Numbered from the whole stretch's first letter, positions 1 to 12,967 are shown. The stretch: 63,517 nucleotides of DNA, filler included, from Malassezia furfur (GCA_052055015.1; 8 parts of 8 records of this genome joined end to end with filler, not necessarily neighbours in it); one strand, 5' to 3'. Numbers and translations: made by a program. The notes: generated by a model not told the origin, from the letters alone.

Positions 1-444
1 TCCGCCGCCCACGCCCGGACGCGACGGAGGAGGCCGCGTCGCTGGACGCGCCCATCGGCGACGATGCACCGCGTGGAGACCGCGCAGATGGGCTGGGACT
101 AGGAGAGGTGGCAGGGGGCACACTGGGGCGCTGCTGGGGGCTCGGAAGAGCCTCATCCCCAGCCCATTTCCCCAAATGGCCCGCGAGCTTGGAAAATAGC
201 GGCATCTGCTCGCTACCGGTCGCGAAGGAGCCGCTGGGGTCGGGGCACGCTGAAAAATGGCACCGCGGCGATTATTCCCACGCGAACACGCCACTCGGTT
301 GCGCGCGAGCCGTCAATTTTGCTCCAGCTTCTCGAAGCCTAAAACCACTACCAATCTCAATCGAACAGGGGCGACATCCCCGCAGCCCACGACCAATCAG
401 CGCGTGCAAGTGTCAAATACAGCGCGCCGCACTTGGCGGCCCGC

Positions 445-1799
445 TTATTCAAACGTGGTGCGCTTGCCGGCCGATGGCTGGATTGCATAATGCTGACGCG
501 GCGCGGCCGCGTTCGCGGCCCCGGGCCGCAGCCGCGTCGGGCCACGTGATCTGCCAGGAACACGACGCGGTGGTCCCTGAGATCCGCGCGCGCCAAGGCC
601 AGCGTCCGATGCGTCCGGCTCCGCGTCGGCAGGGGCATCAGCGGACGCGTCCGCCGGCGCCGACGCCTCTGAATCTACCGCATCGTCGCTCGGCTTGGGC
701 GCACGACGCCGACGCGGCGTAGGTACATAGTCAGGCAGCAGGTTGCGCGACGCGCCGCGACGGATCGCATCGACGCCCGCGTACTCAAGCTGCAGCGAGC
801 GGCCCAGCAGCCGACCGTTGCGCGGCTCGAGCAGCGCCTGTGTCGCCTCCGTCGTAGACGCAAAGTCGACAAATGCAAACCCTTTGCACTTGCCCGTGTC
901 CTCGAACGTGCCCATGCGGATCTTTTTGATTCCCGCGCCCGGCGGATCGGCATCGCGCGCGTCTTCCGCATCGTTCTCGTGCTCCTGGAGGTATCGCCGC
1001 TGTGCGGACCCGTCAAGCAGCTCCCGAATTGCTGCCTCGGTCGTCTCAAAACTCAGGTTTCCCATGAACAGCGTCGGACCGGCCGGGTTGCGCTGCGCTT
1101 GGAGAATCTTTTGAGCAGTCTTGGTCAGGCCAGTGCGGCCGCCGGACGCGCCGTGCGCCCCTGTCAGCGCCGTGACATCCAGCCCGGGACGCCCGGTAAA
1201 GTCGCTGCCGTTCTTGATCAGCAGCCGGCGCCCGGCCAGCTGCTCTTCAGACAGGGCCATGCATGCTTCGACCTGCGCCTGCGACGGCAGATCCACATAC
1301 GCAAAGCTAAGGTCAGACAGGCCACGTACCCCTTGTTGTACTCAAACTTGCGCACACCCTGCGGCATATGCACGCGACTGATGCCTTCGATGTCGTGATC
1401 ACGCAGCCATTCGGTCAGCTGCTCCTGTGTCGTCGAAAAGGCCAGGTTGCCGATCCACACACTGTAGGGGCTGCGCTTCGGACGCGCGGGCGCACTCGGC
1501 GTACTGGGCGTGTCGTGCGCCTCACTCGTGCGTGCCTCGGCCTTTTCCATTCGGCGTCGCTTGCGCCGCTCCTTGTGCGACAGCGGCGGGTCCTCGTCGT
1601 CGGCCGCCGGAAGATCGGCGGACGCCGACGCCGACAGATCCGCAGCCTCGGCCTCCTCCGGCTCCTCGGCCGCGGCCACATCGGGTACCTCCGACTCGGC
1701 CCGCCGCTTTTTCTTGGGCGCCTCAGCCTCTCGCGCCTGGGCGCGCTCTGCCTTGCGCGCCTTTCGCCGCTCCTTGTTCGTCAACTCTTCCTCCGCCAT
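445..1799 (-). CDS. NOP13: Nucleolar two-RRM RNA-binding protein (Nop13-like); one 23-nt intron at 1307-1329
   Basis: Basic/acidic N-terminus. RRM1 SVWIGNLAF...NKG|FAYVD is restored by removing GTACGT..CTGAC..TAG. RRM2 is LFMGNLSF...KIRMGTFEDTGKCKGFAFVDF. Confidence 0.85.
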
Positions 1800-1856
1800 C
1801 TATTCCACAAAAAAAAAAAACCTCCGCTGCAGTCCTCCACAGTGGAGGTAGGAAGA

Positions 1857-4097
1857 CTACCGAACCGTGCGGCCGCTGCGCCGCCGCGTGTCGTCTGCGG
1901 CGACCGCAGGGTGTGCCTCGATCTCATCCGCGTTCCACGCGGGCTTCCCACGCAGTTTTCGTGTCTTGCTCGGACTGTCCTCCTTGGGCTGGTATAGGTC
2001 CTGCGAGTCATCCAGGACATTGGTCGACCGCGGCGCAAGAACGGGCGAGTCAAAGACGGCACTGTCGTCGCCCGACACAACGATCTCGTCACTGTCCATA
2101 CTCAGCCGACTCGTCTCGCTGCGTGCGCGCGATCGCGGCGTGGGCGCAGAGAGGCGCGCAAACAGGTCGATCTTACGGTCGGTAAATGCATCGTTCGCCT
2201 CCATCTCGGTCCTTAGCTGTTCTTCGTAGTAGGCTTGCATCTTCTTGAGTGCCTGCTCGAGATGCGCGGCCATTTCGTCGCGCACCGTCTTTTCAATGAT
2301 GGTGCACAGGTTCTCTGCGCGTTCACACTGCGTTAGCCATGCACGTACCCGCTGCCGCAGCCGCTCGTTCTCTTCCAGGAGCATCGTCACGAACGGATCC
2401 TCCTCGTCCTCCTCGTCGCTCGACTCGGCCTGCGTCGAGGCGCTCGCTGTGCGCTGGACGAGCGTATTGGCCGGCTTGCTCGGCGACGCGCTCGGCGCTA
2501 CATGGATACCGACGTCCTTGGCCATCGCGCTGAACCGCATCACATTCGTGCTCTCCTCAAAGCCCGTCCCGTACGGATTCACGTTGACGATCATCACCAC
2601 CGACCCGTCCCCGGTAAAGAACGACTGGAAGAGCTCGGTGAGTTTCGAGTGACGGAACGGGATGATGCTCTGCCGCCGGCGTGGCTTGCCTGGGCCGTCC
2701 TGCGGCTCGGGGCGCTCGCGCGGCGCACAGATCCCGGCACGGATCTGGTTCTTGCGCATGATCTCGAGGCACTGGCCGAGGCACATGAGGCTCTTGTTGA
2801 TGTTGCCCGCCTCCTTGAGCCGCGGGCCAGTCGGCACGTCCGTGTTCGCCACGCGCTCGCTGCCGGCGAGGTCGACGATGCTCATGCGCGACACAAAGTA
2901 CTTGCGGCTCAACCCCGCAATGTCCTTGTCGTCGACGTCCACCTGCGTGTGCTCGCGGAGCACCTTGATCGTGAATACGCTGTGCGAGCGCGAGCTCGCA
3001 TGGTTCGCCATCGTGCCAAACACGCTGCGATTCTCCTGCCCGCGGTACAGCAGCTCCTTGGCCTCGGCGATCGAGTGCACCTTGACCTCTTTGAGGCCGC
3101 CGACGTACTTACCACCGCTCTCGACCTCGCTCTTGAGCAGCAGCGGCCGCCGCGCGGCGCCCGCATCCGTGTCGGTGCGTGTATCGCGGAGCAGCGACGG
3201 GGCGGGCGTCGGCTCGAGCAGATCGTACAGCTTCTCGTTGTACACCTCGACGTAGCTGACCCACACACTGTACCGAAAGGCGTCCGACACCGGCACCGTC
3301 GTCGGGTCGACGTCCCAATGCGGCGCGGGCGTCGCGCGCGCCCTGGCGTCGCGCAGCAAGCTCTTGACCGGGTCCGACACGCCGGGCTGCACGCCGGAGA
3401 GGCCCATGGGCCGGATCTGGGTTAGCCGCGAAACGTACCGCCTTGGTGCACTCCAGGCCGGCGGTCGAGTTGAAGATGACATCGATCGCACGCGGCAGGA
3501 TGCCTGCCTCGCCGGGCTGCTGATTGCCCTGGACAGTGTACGTCTTGCCCGAGTTGGTCACGCCGTACGTAAACACGAGGCTGTTCTTGCCCTGCAGCAG
3601 ATCGGCCACGAGCGGCAGCGTCGTCTCGGCGAAGAAGGTCGACTGGCTGTCCGCCGACGACTCCGCGCTCTGGAACACGCGCGAAAACGTGTAGCGCGCA
3701 GGCGCGGCCGCCTGCGCGCGCAGCCGCGAGGCGCGCACCGTCGTGCCTGCCGACGGATGCGGCGCCATCAGCACGTCTGTGTCCGAGAGCACGTCGAGCG
3801 CAAACGACTTGGGCGCGTCGCCGGGCGGGGGGCGGATGCGCAGATACGCCTGGGTGAGTGTGCGCGACGTACGTGGATCGGCTCGCTCGACACGCCGAGC
3901 TCGGCAAGGCGCGCGACGCTCGACGCGGACGGCGTGCGGAGGGCCGACATGGGCACGCGGCCGCCGACTGCGCCATGCAGCGTGCGCTTCGTGGGCGACT
4001 CGGCGCGCTGCTCCTTCTGTGGCGAGGCTGCGCCCGGCATGCGTGCAGGGGTCCGCGTCGCGTTCCGCCGGTCGGTCAGCGCCGCGGCGTGCGACAT
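1857..4097 (-). CDS. Kinesin-6 family motor (Klp9/MKLP-like); introns 3850-3872 (23 nt), 3417-3438 (22 nt), 2328-2348 (21 nt, in-frame)
   Basis: EPIH|AYLRIRP, P-loop YGVTNSGKT, long loop-6 insert, NHASSRSH, DLAGSER, IPFRHSKLT, C-terminal coiled coil. Three ORF-track pieces are joined by canonical micro-introns. Confidence 0.88.
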
Positions 4098-4159
4098 GGC
4101 GAACCGTGCGGAGTGTTTGCCCCGCGACGCGTTGGTCACGTGCGTTTGCGAAGACGACG

Positions 4160-5807
4160 ATGCTACGTGCGAGCCGGGGCACGGCCCTGCACCGCGCGCT
4201 GCGGACGACGTTGGTGCAGCACGGCAGCACGGCGTGGGCGCGTGGAGTGTACACGCCTCCGGCCGTCGGGCAGCCGCTGCCACACACACACCCGCACCTG
4301 TTTCCGATCGACTTTGCGCGCGGATGGCAGGCGGAGCACGGCGGGGGCGTCGCGACCGACCACCTCACGCCAGGCATCCCGGCCGCCGAGTACGAGCAGC
4401 GCCGGCGCAACCTCATGGACCGTCTGCCGAGCGGCAGCGTGGTCGTGCTCATGGGCGGGCGCATCAAGTACATGAGCCGCAACATCTTGTACGTGCACTC
4501 CACTGACCGCGTAGCTACAAGTTCCGCCAGGAATCCAACTTTTGGTACCTGACCGGCCTCGAGGAGCCCGATGCGGCGCTTGTGATGGGTGCGTGGAGCC
4601 CACTGACGCAGTGAAAAACGGCTCGCGCCGCGGCTACGCCATGACGCTGTTCGTGGCGCCGCGCCAGGCGAGCAAGGAAGTCTGGGACGGCCCGACGTGT
4701 GGCCTCGACGGCGCGGTCGAGGTGTTCGGCGCGGACCATGCGGAGCCGAACGACCCGTCTGTGCTCTTGCACGTACTCAAAAAGACGCTCGCCTCTGCGG
4801 AGCACCTGTACGTCGACATGCCGGCACAGGCGACCGTGCCGCGCCTCAGCCAACGCTCGCAGCGCTTCAGCCTGCACGACTTTCTCGCACCCCCGTCGCC
4901 GACGGGCTTTGACTTGTTCGCACGCAAGACCGACTTTGACAATGTCGTGCGTCTGCTGAGCGACCGGCGTAACACGCACTCGCTGCAGCGCGAGATGGAC
5001 GTGCTGCGCAGCCGCAAGAGCGCCAACGAGCTGCGCGTCATGCGGCAGGCCGGCGCCATCAGCGGCGCGGCGATGACCGAGGTGATGCGTGCCGTGCGCC
5101 CCGGGCTCCCCGAGAGCGAGGCGCAGGCCGTGTTTGAGTACGAGTGTGCGCGGCGCGGCGCGGCGCGGCAGGCGTACGTGCCCGTGTTTGCCTCGGGGCG
5201 CAATGCGCTCATGATCCACTACGTGCGCAACGACTGCCTGATTGGCGACGAGCAGGTGCTCTCTGTGGACGCGGGGTGCGAGTTTGCGGGGTACGCGTCC
5301 GACATCACGCGCACGATGCCCACGGCCGCGGACGGGCGCTTTACGCCCGCACAGCGCGACATTTACGAGGTGCTGCTGCGCGTCCTGAAACAGTGCACGG
5401 CGCTGGCGACCGAGCGCCAGGGCTACTCGCTCGCGGCGCTGCACCGCCGCTCGGTCGAGATGCTGAGCAGCGAGCTGCGTGCGCTGGGCTTCTCGCTGGG
5501 GTACGGCGTGCTGGAGCGCACGCTGTACCCCCACTACCTGGGCCACTGGCTCGGGATCGACCTGCATGATACCAGCACCGTGGAGCGCTCGACGCCCCTG
5601 CGGGAGGGCATGGTGTTTACCATCGAGCCCGGCCTGTACATCCCCGACGATCCCGCGTTCCCCAAGGAGTACCGCGGCATCGGCATGCGCGTCGAGGACG
5701 ACGTCGCCGTGGGCGACTCGGAGCCGTACGTGCTGAGCGCCGACGCGCCCAAAGAGGTCGTCGACATCGAGGCGGTGTGCAGCGGGCGCCTGCCGCGCTT
5801 CGTATAG
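4160..5807 (+). CDS. ICP55: Mitochondrial intermediate cleaving peptidase / Xaa-Pro aminopeptidase (M24B); introns 4489-4514 (26 nt), 4589-4611 (23 nt)
   Basis: Arg-rich presequence MLRASRG. GQPLPHTHPHL, YKFRQESNFWYLTG (after splicing), DAGCEFAGYASDITRT, HYLGHWLGIDLHD, TIEPGLY, GMRVEDD. Confidence 0.88.
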
Positions 5808-5817
5808 TACAGTGCAT

Positions 5818-6421
5818 CTACAGCAAATCGAAGTCGTCCAACTCGTCGTTGTAGTTGGCGATCGCGCGCCGGATCTTGCTGGTGTCGACCCAGGTGACGC
5901 TGGCGGTCAGTGCGGAGGCAGATACGTACAAGTCCTCGAGGTTACGCGTCACCAGGAACGCGGGGTCGGTGATCGTGTCGGGCCCGACGCGCACATGGCC
6001 CTGCTCCACGTAGCGCACCGCCTGCGACACCGACTCGCTCATGTGCAGCCGCACCATGACGACGGGCAGCCGCCGGCGGCAAAAGGCGCTCACGTTGACG
6101 CGCTCCATGATGTCGCTCATCTTGGCGCCCGTGTCGAGCAGTCCCATATCGTACAGCTTGTTCAGCAGCATGGCCTCCTGCTGCGCGCGGAACGGGTCCG
6201 CGCTCGGCAGCGTCGAGAGGCGCAGCGCGAGGTTGCGCACCTTGCCGACGAGGTTGTTGTACTTCTGGTAGTCGTCGCGGTCCTGCAGATGGTACCTGCG
6301 CATGACCTTGATCTCACGCAGGTTGTTCTCGTTCTTCCATTGCAGGAAGTCGTGCCTGGGTTAGCGGCGTGGCGGCGTACTTCTTCAGCAGCTTCTGCTC
6401 GTGAAATTTGAGCTGCCGCAT
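5818..6421 (-). CDS. IMP3: U3 snoRNP protein Imp3 (S4 domain); introns 6356-6380 (25 nt), 5900-5929 (30 nt, in-frame)
   Basis: [53 protein letters not shown]-terminal DDFDLL. Confidence 0.93.
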
Positions 6422-6494
6422 CGTGGTCGGTGGGTGCGGCGATTTTTTTTTGGATTGGTCAGCGTGGAGGTGCGCGCGAAGCTTTGCCACCAGC

Positions 6495-7953
6495 ATGGCC
6501 TTCTCGGGCGCCTTGGTACGTGGTGCATGCTGACGCAGTCGGTGACCGACCTGAATGACTACCTAGGCCCCTCGCAGGTGTGCATCAAGCCCGTCGAGGC
6601 GCCCGCGCAGAGCGCCCCGCCAGGCGGCGAGGTACGTCGGCCGCTCACACAGACGGAAATCGCCATCGACCAGGGCACATACTACGAGTCGAACGGGCAG
6701 CGCGCGCGCACGCAGCTCGAGACCGCACAGATCTCGCTGAACGACTGCCTCGCATGCAGCGGGTGCGTCACGAGCGCCGAGACGGTGCTCATCGGCATGC
6801 AGAGCATCGACGAAGTCGAGCAGGCGCTGGGGTCGCCCGGCGGCCGCACGTTTGTCGCGTCGATCAGCCCACAGTCGCTCGCATCGCTGGCGACGCGCTA
6901 CGCATACGCACACCCGTCGTCGTCACGCGACGGACCGCTCACACTGTCGACGCTGCTGCACCGCATTGCGCATGCGCTCCGCCAGCGCGGCTTCCATGTG
7001 GTGACCGACACAAGCTTTGCGCGGCACCTTGCGCTCCGTGAGCACGTCCGCGAGTTCCGCGAGCGCCGTGCCGCACGCGACTCGGGTGCGCAGGACGCGC
7101 CGCGGCTGCCGATGCTGGCGTCGGCGTGCCCGGGGTGGATCTGCTACGCGGAAAAGGCGCACGGCGAGCTGCTGCCGTACATTGCAGCCACCAAGTCGCC
7201 GCAGCAGGTCGCTGGCGTGCTCGCGAAGAAGTGCATCGGCCCCGCGCATGGCGGCGCACCCGTATACCACGTCGCGGTCATGCCGTGCTACGACAAAAAG
7301 CTCGAGGCGAGCCGCCGGCAGCTCGAGCACGAGGGCGTCAAGGAGGTCGACTGTGTGCTCACCACCGGCGAGCTGCACGACCTGCTTCTCGCGTCGCACT
7401 TCGACCCCTATGCGCCCGTGCCCGACGAGGCCGCACCGAGCGCCTGGCCGCAGCTGCTCCAGGAGCCGGGGAGCAGCAGCGGCGGCTACTTATTTGCTGT
7501 GCTGCACTGCGTCTGGGCCGAGTGGGTCGCCGCCCACCCCGGCGCGACGCCCGCGCTCGAGCTGCGCGTGATCCGTTCCGTGGACTACACCGACTACGTC
7601 CTGCGCGCGCCCTCCGGCGAGACACTCTTCCGCGGCGCACAGTGCTACGGCTTCCGCAACCTGCAGAACCTCGTGCGCAAGGTGCAGCGCGCCACCGGCG
7701 CCCGCGGCGCGCGGCGGCCGGGGCGGGGACGCATGGTGCGCCGCGGCGCGGACGACGACGCGGCGTATGACTACGTCGAGGTGATGGCGTGCCCCGGTGG
7801 GTGCGTGAACGGTGGCGGGCAGATGCGCCCGCCGGAGGGCGCCGGCGCACTGCGCGATGCAGACGCCGACGCGAGCGCCCAGGGCTGGCAGGGCACCGAC
7901 AAGTCGTGGGTGCAGCGCGTCGAGGCCGCGTACTGGGTCGACCCGAGCCGCCG
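6495..7953 (+). CDS. NAR1: Cytosolic Fe-S assembly factor Nar1 (Fe-hydrogenase-like), 3' truncated; introns 6516-6538 (23 nt), 6632-6652 (21 nt, in-frame)
   Basis: MAFSGAL|SVTDLNDY..CIKP, ISLNDCLACSGCVTSAE, SACPGWICYAEK, VMPCYDKKLEA, YVEVMACPGGCVNGGGQ. Confidence 0.93.
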
Positions 7954-8053
7954 NNNNNNNNNNNNNNNNNNNNNNNNNNNNNNNNNNNNNNNNNNNNTTA
8001 ATTAATTAANNNNNNNNNNNNNNNNNNNNNNNNNNNNNNNNNNNNNNNNNNNN
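7954..8053. other. Artificial contig spacer (N run, TTAATTAATTAA, N run); identical spacers at 15973-16072, 23950-24049, 31917-32016, 39872-39971, 47784-47883, 55652-55751
   Basis: Each spacer is 100 nt with stops in all six frames. The flanking contigs are ordered by decreasing length: 7953, 7919, 7877, 7867, 7855, 7812, 7768, 7766 nt. Confidence 0.97.
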
Positions 8054-8745
8054 GCCGGCGCCGGCGCCGGTGTGGGGACAACGCCCGCTGCGGCATTCTC
8101 GGTCCAGGACCCGCCGCGCCACGACAAAAAGTTGCCTAGCATGTCCTTTCCGTGCTCGCTGATCACGCTCTCGGGATGATACTGCACGGCTTCCATCGTG
8201 TACTGCTTGTGTCGAATACCCATGATTACGCCGCTGTCGACGTGCGATGTCGCCTCAAAGCACGCGGGCAACGCGGCGATGCGTGTCGCGAGACTGTGGT
8301 AGCGTGTGCCCACAAGCGGTGTCGGCAGCCCACGGAACAGCCCCTTTTGGTCGTGGACAATGTCGGATACTTTGCCGTGGAAGATCTCGCCGGCGTACTC
8401 GACGATGCCGTCGAACGCCGTCACCATGCTCTGCAGGCCCATGCAGATGCCCAGGATGGGAATTTTGCCGACAAAGTGCCGGATGCACGCCATCGAGATA
8501 CCCGCATCGTGTAGCGGGTGTCCGGGACCCGGGCTGATCACCAGGTTGACCGGTTGCAGCGCGTCGAGCGTCTCGAGCGTGACGCAGTCGTTGCGGAAGA
8601 TGACGACATTGGCGCCGCGCTCCACAAGATACTGTGCGACATTGAAGGTGAAGCTGTCGTAGTTATCGATCAGCACCGTGATCCCTTGCTCGGGGCCGCG
8701 CGGCCCGGGGATCACGATGCGTCCGTCCGCTTCTTCCACCACCAT
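8054..8745 (-). CDS. TRP3: Anthranilate synthase component II (class I GATase) domain of the multifunctional tryptophan biosynthesis protein, 3' truncated
   Basis: LIDNYDSFT, VISPGPGHP, PILGICMGLQ, GEIFHGK, RYHSL, VQYHPES. Start at MVVEEADG (8745) is inferred. Confidence 0.9.
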
Positions 8746-8772
8746 CGACGTCCACACCGGAGTGACTAGGCG

Positions 8773-8780
8773 CACGTGAC
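8773..8780. promoter_or_regulatory. Cbf1-type E-box (RTCACGTG) in a divergent promoter; also at 14567-14574, 54364-54372, 62286-62293
   Basis: Exact motif inside four very short head-to-head intergenic spacers. Confidence 0.55.
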
Positions 8781-8792
8781 TTGACATCGACC

Positions 8793-10251
8793 ATGACGCG
8801 CGAGGCCAGCACGCTCCTGATCGTGCATGACGCCCAGCGCGTGTTTGCGGGCGTGGGCATCCAGGACCCATTCGCATTGCCGGATGTGGTATGTAGCGCC
8901 CACTCACACAGGTCGTCCCTGCTCGCGTGGGTCGCCGCGCCGACCACACTTACCTCGTCGGCCCCGCGCTGACCGACGCCGAGACCCGCGGTGAGGAGCT
9001 CACGATCCGCTTCCCAATCGAGAACGGGCGCGTGGAGGACTGGGATGCGCTCAAAGCGCTCTGGTACGTCATCGGTGCGCCTCACACAGGAACCATGTCC
9101 TCGAGGAACTCAAGGTGCACCCCGCACACAACACCTTCTTTACGATGATTGGCCTCCCCATGCCGCTCCCGCGCGAGGCCGCCGAGCGCACGGCCCAAAT
9201 ATTTTTCGAGCAGTTCAACACACCGGCTTTGTCGATCAGCGAAGTGCCGCTGCTCACCGCGTACGCGGCTGGCGTCCTCAACGCGCTCGTCGTCGACATC
9301 GGCGTCGAAGAGACCAGCGCCGTGGCCATCAGCGACTGTGCGGTGCTGCCCACCACCGCAGTGCTAAGCAAGCTCGGCTCGGTGCACTGCACATGGTGGC
9401 TCGCGTACCTCCTCGCGCAGGATGCCGCCGTGACGCGCGCGCTCGAGCCGCTCGTCACGCCGGACCTGAACATGAGTGCGCTTGCCTATGCACTGGCCCA
9501 GGTACTGGTCGCCGAGGGCAATGTGCGTATCGACGTCTCGTCCAACGTGCCGGGCGTCAATGAGCCAGATGCGGACGATGCAACGTTTGATGTCGCCGCG
9601 GCGCTCGTCGAGGGCCGCGAGCACGACGTGGTCAGCCAGCGCAAGCGCGCCGCGCAACAGGAAAAGGCGGACGACACGATCCACGTCGCCTTCCGCGGCG
9701 TTCAGGTGCCGATCGGGCGCGTGCGCACGCGCTTCCACGAGCCGCTGCTGCACCCGCAACTCCTGGAGCGCGTGCACCTCGACGTGCCGGCGCCGCCCGC
9801 GGTGCAGCAGGCGCTGCATGCGCGGCAAATCGGCGGCGAGCCCATTTGTGTATCGGTGCCCGACACGATCATCATGGCCGCGCGGCAGGTGCAGCCGCTC
9901 GAGCGGCGTGTGCCGCTGTGGGAAAACGTGGTGATGACCGGCGGCATGACGCAGTTCAAGGGTCTCGTCCCGGAGCTACTCCAGGCGCTCACGGCGTTCA
10001 TGATCAACGAGCAGACCGAAACCGCGCAGGTGGTCGGAGAGCCGAACCCGCAGCAGCCGCGCAGCGCGCGAGCACTGCGCGTGCCCGAGTACTTCCCGGC
10101 GTTCAAGGACCGTCTCGATTTGCTGCCGTACCTCGGCGCGAACATTTATGCAAAACTCGTGTTCAACGACATGTCGGGCCGCAACTATATCTCCAAGATG
10201 CAGTACAACGATGGCGGCCCCTCGGTAGCGTTTGCGATTGGCAGTGGATAG
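8793..10251 (+). CDS. ARP9: Divergent actin-related protein (Arp9-like, SWI/SNF/RSC); introns 8889-8911 (23 nt), 9064-9089 (26 nt)
   Basis: FPIENGRVEDWDALKALW, QIFFEQFNTPAL, LVVDIG, WENVVMTGG, RVPEYFPAFK, YLGANIYAKLVF. Actin fold is clear; the subfamily call is from recalled similarity. Confidence 0.72.
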
Positions 10252-10312
10252 TAGGCGAGACACGGCGACAGAAATATGCGGACACATGGCCCCGCGCAGC
10301 GTGCCTGGGCCT

Positions 10313-11956
10313 CTATGCGTTTTCTACGAGCGCGGCCACCCCCGTGGCAAGCTTTTCGGTGTCCTCCGTGGACGCCGCCTCAGCGTACACACGCACACAG
10401 TCCTCGGTACCGCTCGGGCGTACAAACGAGCGGCCCTGGGGGAACTGCGCGACGAGCGCATCAATCTTAGCCTGCAGCCCCGCGGGCGAAGTCAGCTTGC
10501 GCTCCGCATCCGTCGTCTGGAACACAGTGCGGTCGGGCACCTGCACCTTGAGCAGCTTATTCGGCAGGTCCATGTACGCCGCATCCCACTCCTTGGGGCC
10601 CCACCGGCGCGCCGCGAGAATCGCGAGCACCATGAGCATGTCCGAGATCGCGTCGCCGACCGTCTGGTTGATGAGCTCAGCAAGGTTCTTGAGACGCATC
10701 AGGGCATCCTTCGCCTCGTCGCTCGTGGGCTGTGCACGCGCCATAGCGGCGCGCGCCTCGGGCGAAAAGAGCACGGTGCCATGGCCATTGGCTTCAAAGT
10801 AAACGCCGATCGCGTATTTGGCCGCCTCGTGGTGTAGGTGCTTGACGCCCGTCGGCGTGCACGACACGGGCACACGCTGCTCAAGGTAGGCCGTCGATGC
10901 ACCGTTTGCGTACTCTGCACGCACCCGAGCTTGATGTCCAGCTGCGCCTTGGCGACCAGCTCCGAGAGGTAGTCGGCCGCGAGGCTTGCGATCTTGTCGC
11001 CGTCCAGCAGGTGGAAGCTCGCAGCATCGTTCGCGGGCCCCGTCAGATAGTAAAAGACGATGCGGTCCGCGTCGCCGTCAAACGAGCACATCAGCTCGTT
11101 CGGACGGACACGCTCTTCATCGGCGTAGCCGTCGGGCAGCCGCTGCTGCGTCTTGACGAAGTCGGCGCCGCACCCGTTGTTGAGGCGTCCTTGCGTTTCG
11201 GTGTCGGTGCGCAGCAGGACAAGCGGCAGGCGCGCCTCGGGGAGGTGCTTCGTGAGACCCTGCAGGGCCCGTGCACCCACGCCGTTGGCACAGTCGACGA
11301 CGAGCGGCGGCGGCGCCGGTAGGCCATCGGTCGCCGCGAGGAACGCGGCAGCGAGCTTCTCGTAGTAGCCCGTCTCAGTGGGCGTACCGTACGAATCCTG
11401 GGTATTGGCCGTGTTGTGGGCCAACACAAGGTAGTGCAGCTGGGGGGTGGTCAGCAGACCGCCCTCGATCATCTCGGCATTCAGCGCCTGCAGCCCATCG
11501 ACGATCGCGCCAACCAACGCGGGCGACGAGGGGCGCGTATCCCAGCCGTACACCACGCGCGGGCGCACGTCCAGCGAAATGTGGAAGCGCTGCACAATTG
11601 CGTCGAGCGCCGCCAGCAGCTCGTCGGGCGTGCGGGCATTGGCGACGTCGGTGCACACCGGCTCCCACGCGGCCTCGAGCATCTCGCCGTGCGGATCGAC
11701 CATCTTTACGCCGTTGTCTGGCTCGGGGTTGTGCGACGCGGTAACCATCAGACCAACGACCTGGCCGCCGAGCGCCATGCTGCGCAGTGCGCCGATGAGC
11801 CCAATCCGGAAACAGGTGCTGTCGAGCAACGTGGCCCTGCGTGAGTGCATCCACCTACTTGGTGCGGAAGCCCGCGGTGCCGTACACGAGGCGTGTCTCG
11901 GGCTTGTGGTGCGCCGCCGAGGCTTGCACAATGACCGACTGGCGATGCGAATCCAT
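10313..11956 (-). CDS. PCM1: Phosphoacetylglucosamine mutase; 22-nt intron 11837-11858; apparent frameshift near 10913
   Basis: YGTAGFRTK|A, catalytic TASHNP, TTPQLHY, DCANGVG, SFDGDADR, YFEANGHG, RSFVRPSGTED. The QTAYANG motif is split across two frames. Confidence 0.9.
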
Positions 11957-12001
11957 GACGGGAGAAGAAACACGCCGCCCCGCTTCCGACACCTCCACCC
12001 C

Positions 12002-12960
12002 ATGCCGTCCGCGCTACAGAGCATCACGCGGTCGCTGCCGTGGTTCGTACTGGACCCGGCGCGGTACTTGCTAGGCGAGGTACGCGGCGCTCGCACTCAC
12101 GCAGCAATGCTTTACGTCGCTCGTGTGGGACGTGAACTGGACCGACGTGCCGTGCCTCCGCCTGGGGCTCAGCAAGGGTCTGGGCCTCGGCATCGTCGTG
12201 TTTGGGAGCATCATTAAGTTTCCCCAGATCTACAAGATCGTGCACGCGCGTAGCGCGACAGGGATTAGCCTGGCAATGTACATCCTCGAGGTCGTGGCCT
12301 ACACCATCAGCCTCGCGTACGCGATCCGACTACACATCCCGTTCAGCACGTACGGCGAGAATGCAAGCCTGACGGTGCAGAGTACGTCGCAATGCTCACG
12401 CAGACATGATCATCACGCTGCTGATCATTGCCTACTCGCCCATGGACACGTACTCGCGGCGCGTCACGACCTTTTGCCGCGCACGCGGCATCACCACCAA
12501 TGCGCTGTACGTGAGCGTCGCAGCGGCTGTCATGGTGTTGTGCTCGCTGGCCCTCGCGTCCGAGACCGCGGTGCCCCCCGCGATGCTCAAGACGCTCCAG
12601 CTGTTTACCATCCCAGTGTCGCTGGCGTCCAAAGTGCCGCAGATGCTCGAGCTGCATCGCGACAAAGCCACGGGACAGCTCAGTGTGTTGGTCGTCTTTG
12701 CCCAGCTGCTCGGTACCCTCGCGCGCGTCTTCACCACGCTCACCGAGACCAACGACCGCCTGCTGTTCTGGGGCTTCGCGCTCGCCACCGTGTTCAACGC
12801 GGTGATTGCCGTGCAGGTGCTGCTTTATTGGAACGGCAACGAGAAGCGCGCGGCCCTCCACGAGGGCCGTTGGTACGAATCGGTGCCGGTTGGACGACGC
12901 AACGTGAGCGAGCTGCCAACGACCATCAGCCCCGCACGCGGGCTCCCTAAGCGCGACTAG
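12002..12960 (+). CDS. MPDU1: PQ-loop protein, mannose-P-dolichol utilization defect 1 family; introns 12080-12104 (25 nt), 12382-12403 (22 nt)
   Basis: LSKGLGLGIVVFGSIIKFPQI, PFSTYGE, SKVPQM..TGQLS, LARVFTT. Multiple transmembrane segments. Confidence 0.88.
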
Positions 12961-12967
12961 TTCTATA

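Noticed and set aside
1..444. ORF 108-722 (+) and the inverted repeat ATGGGCTGGG/CCCAGCCCAT (88-167)
   Set aside because: The ORF has a GTG start, no motifs, and overlaps NOP13 antisense. The region looks like a promoter (CCAAT at about 351 and 393) for a gene running off the contig, and one 10-bp stem in GC-rich DNA is weak evidence.
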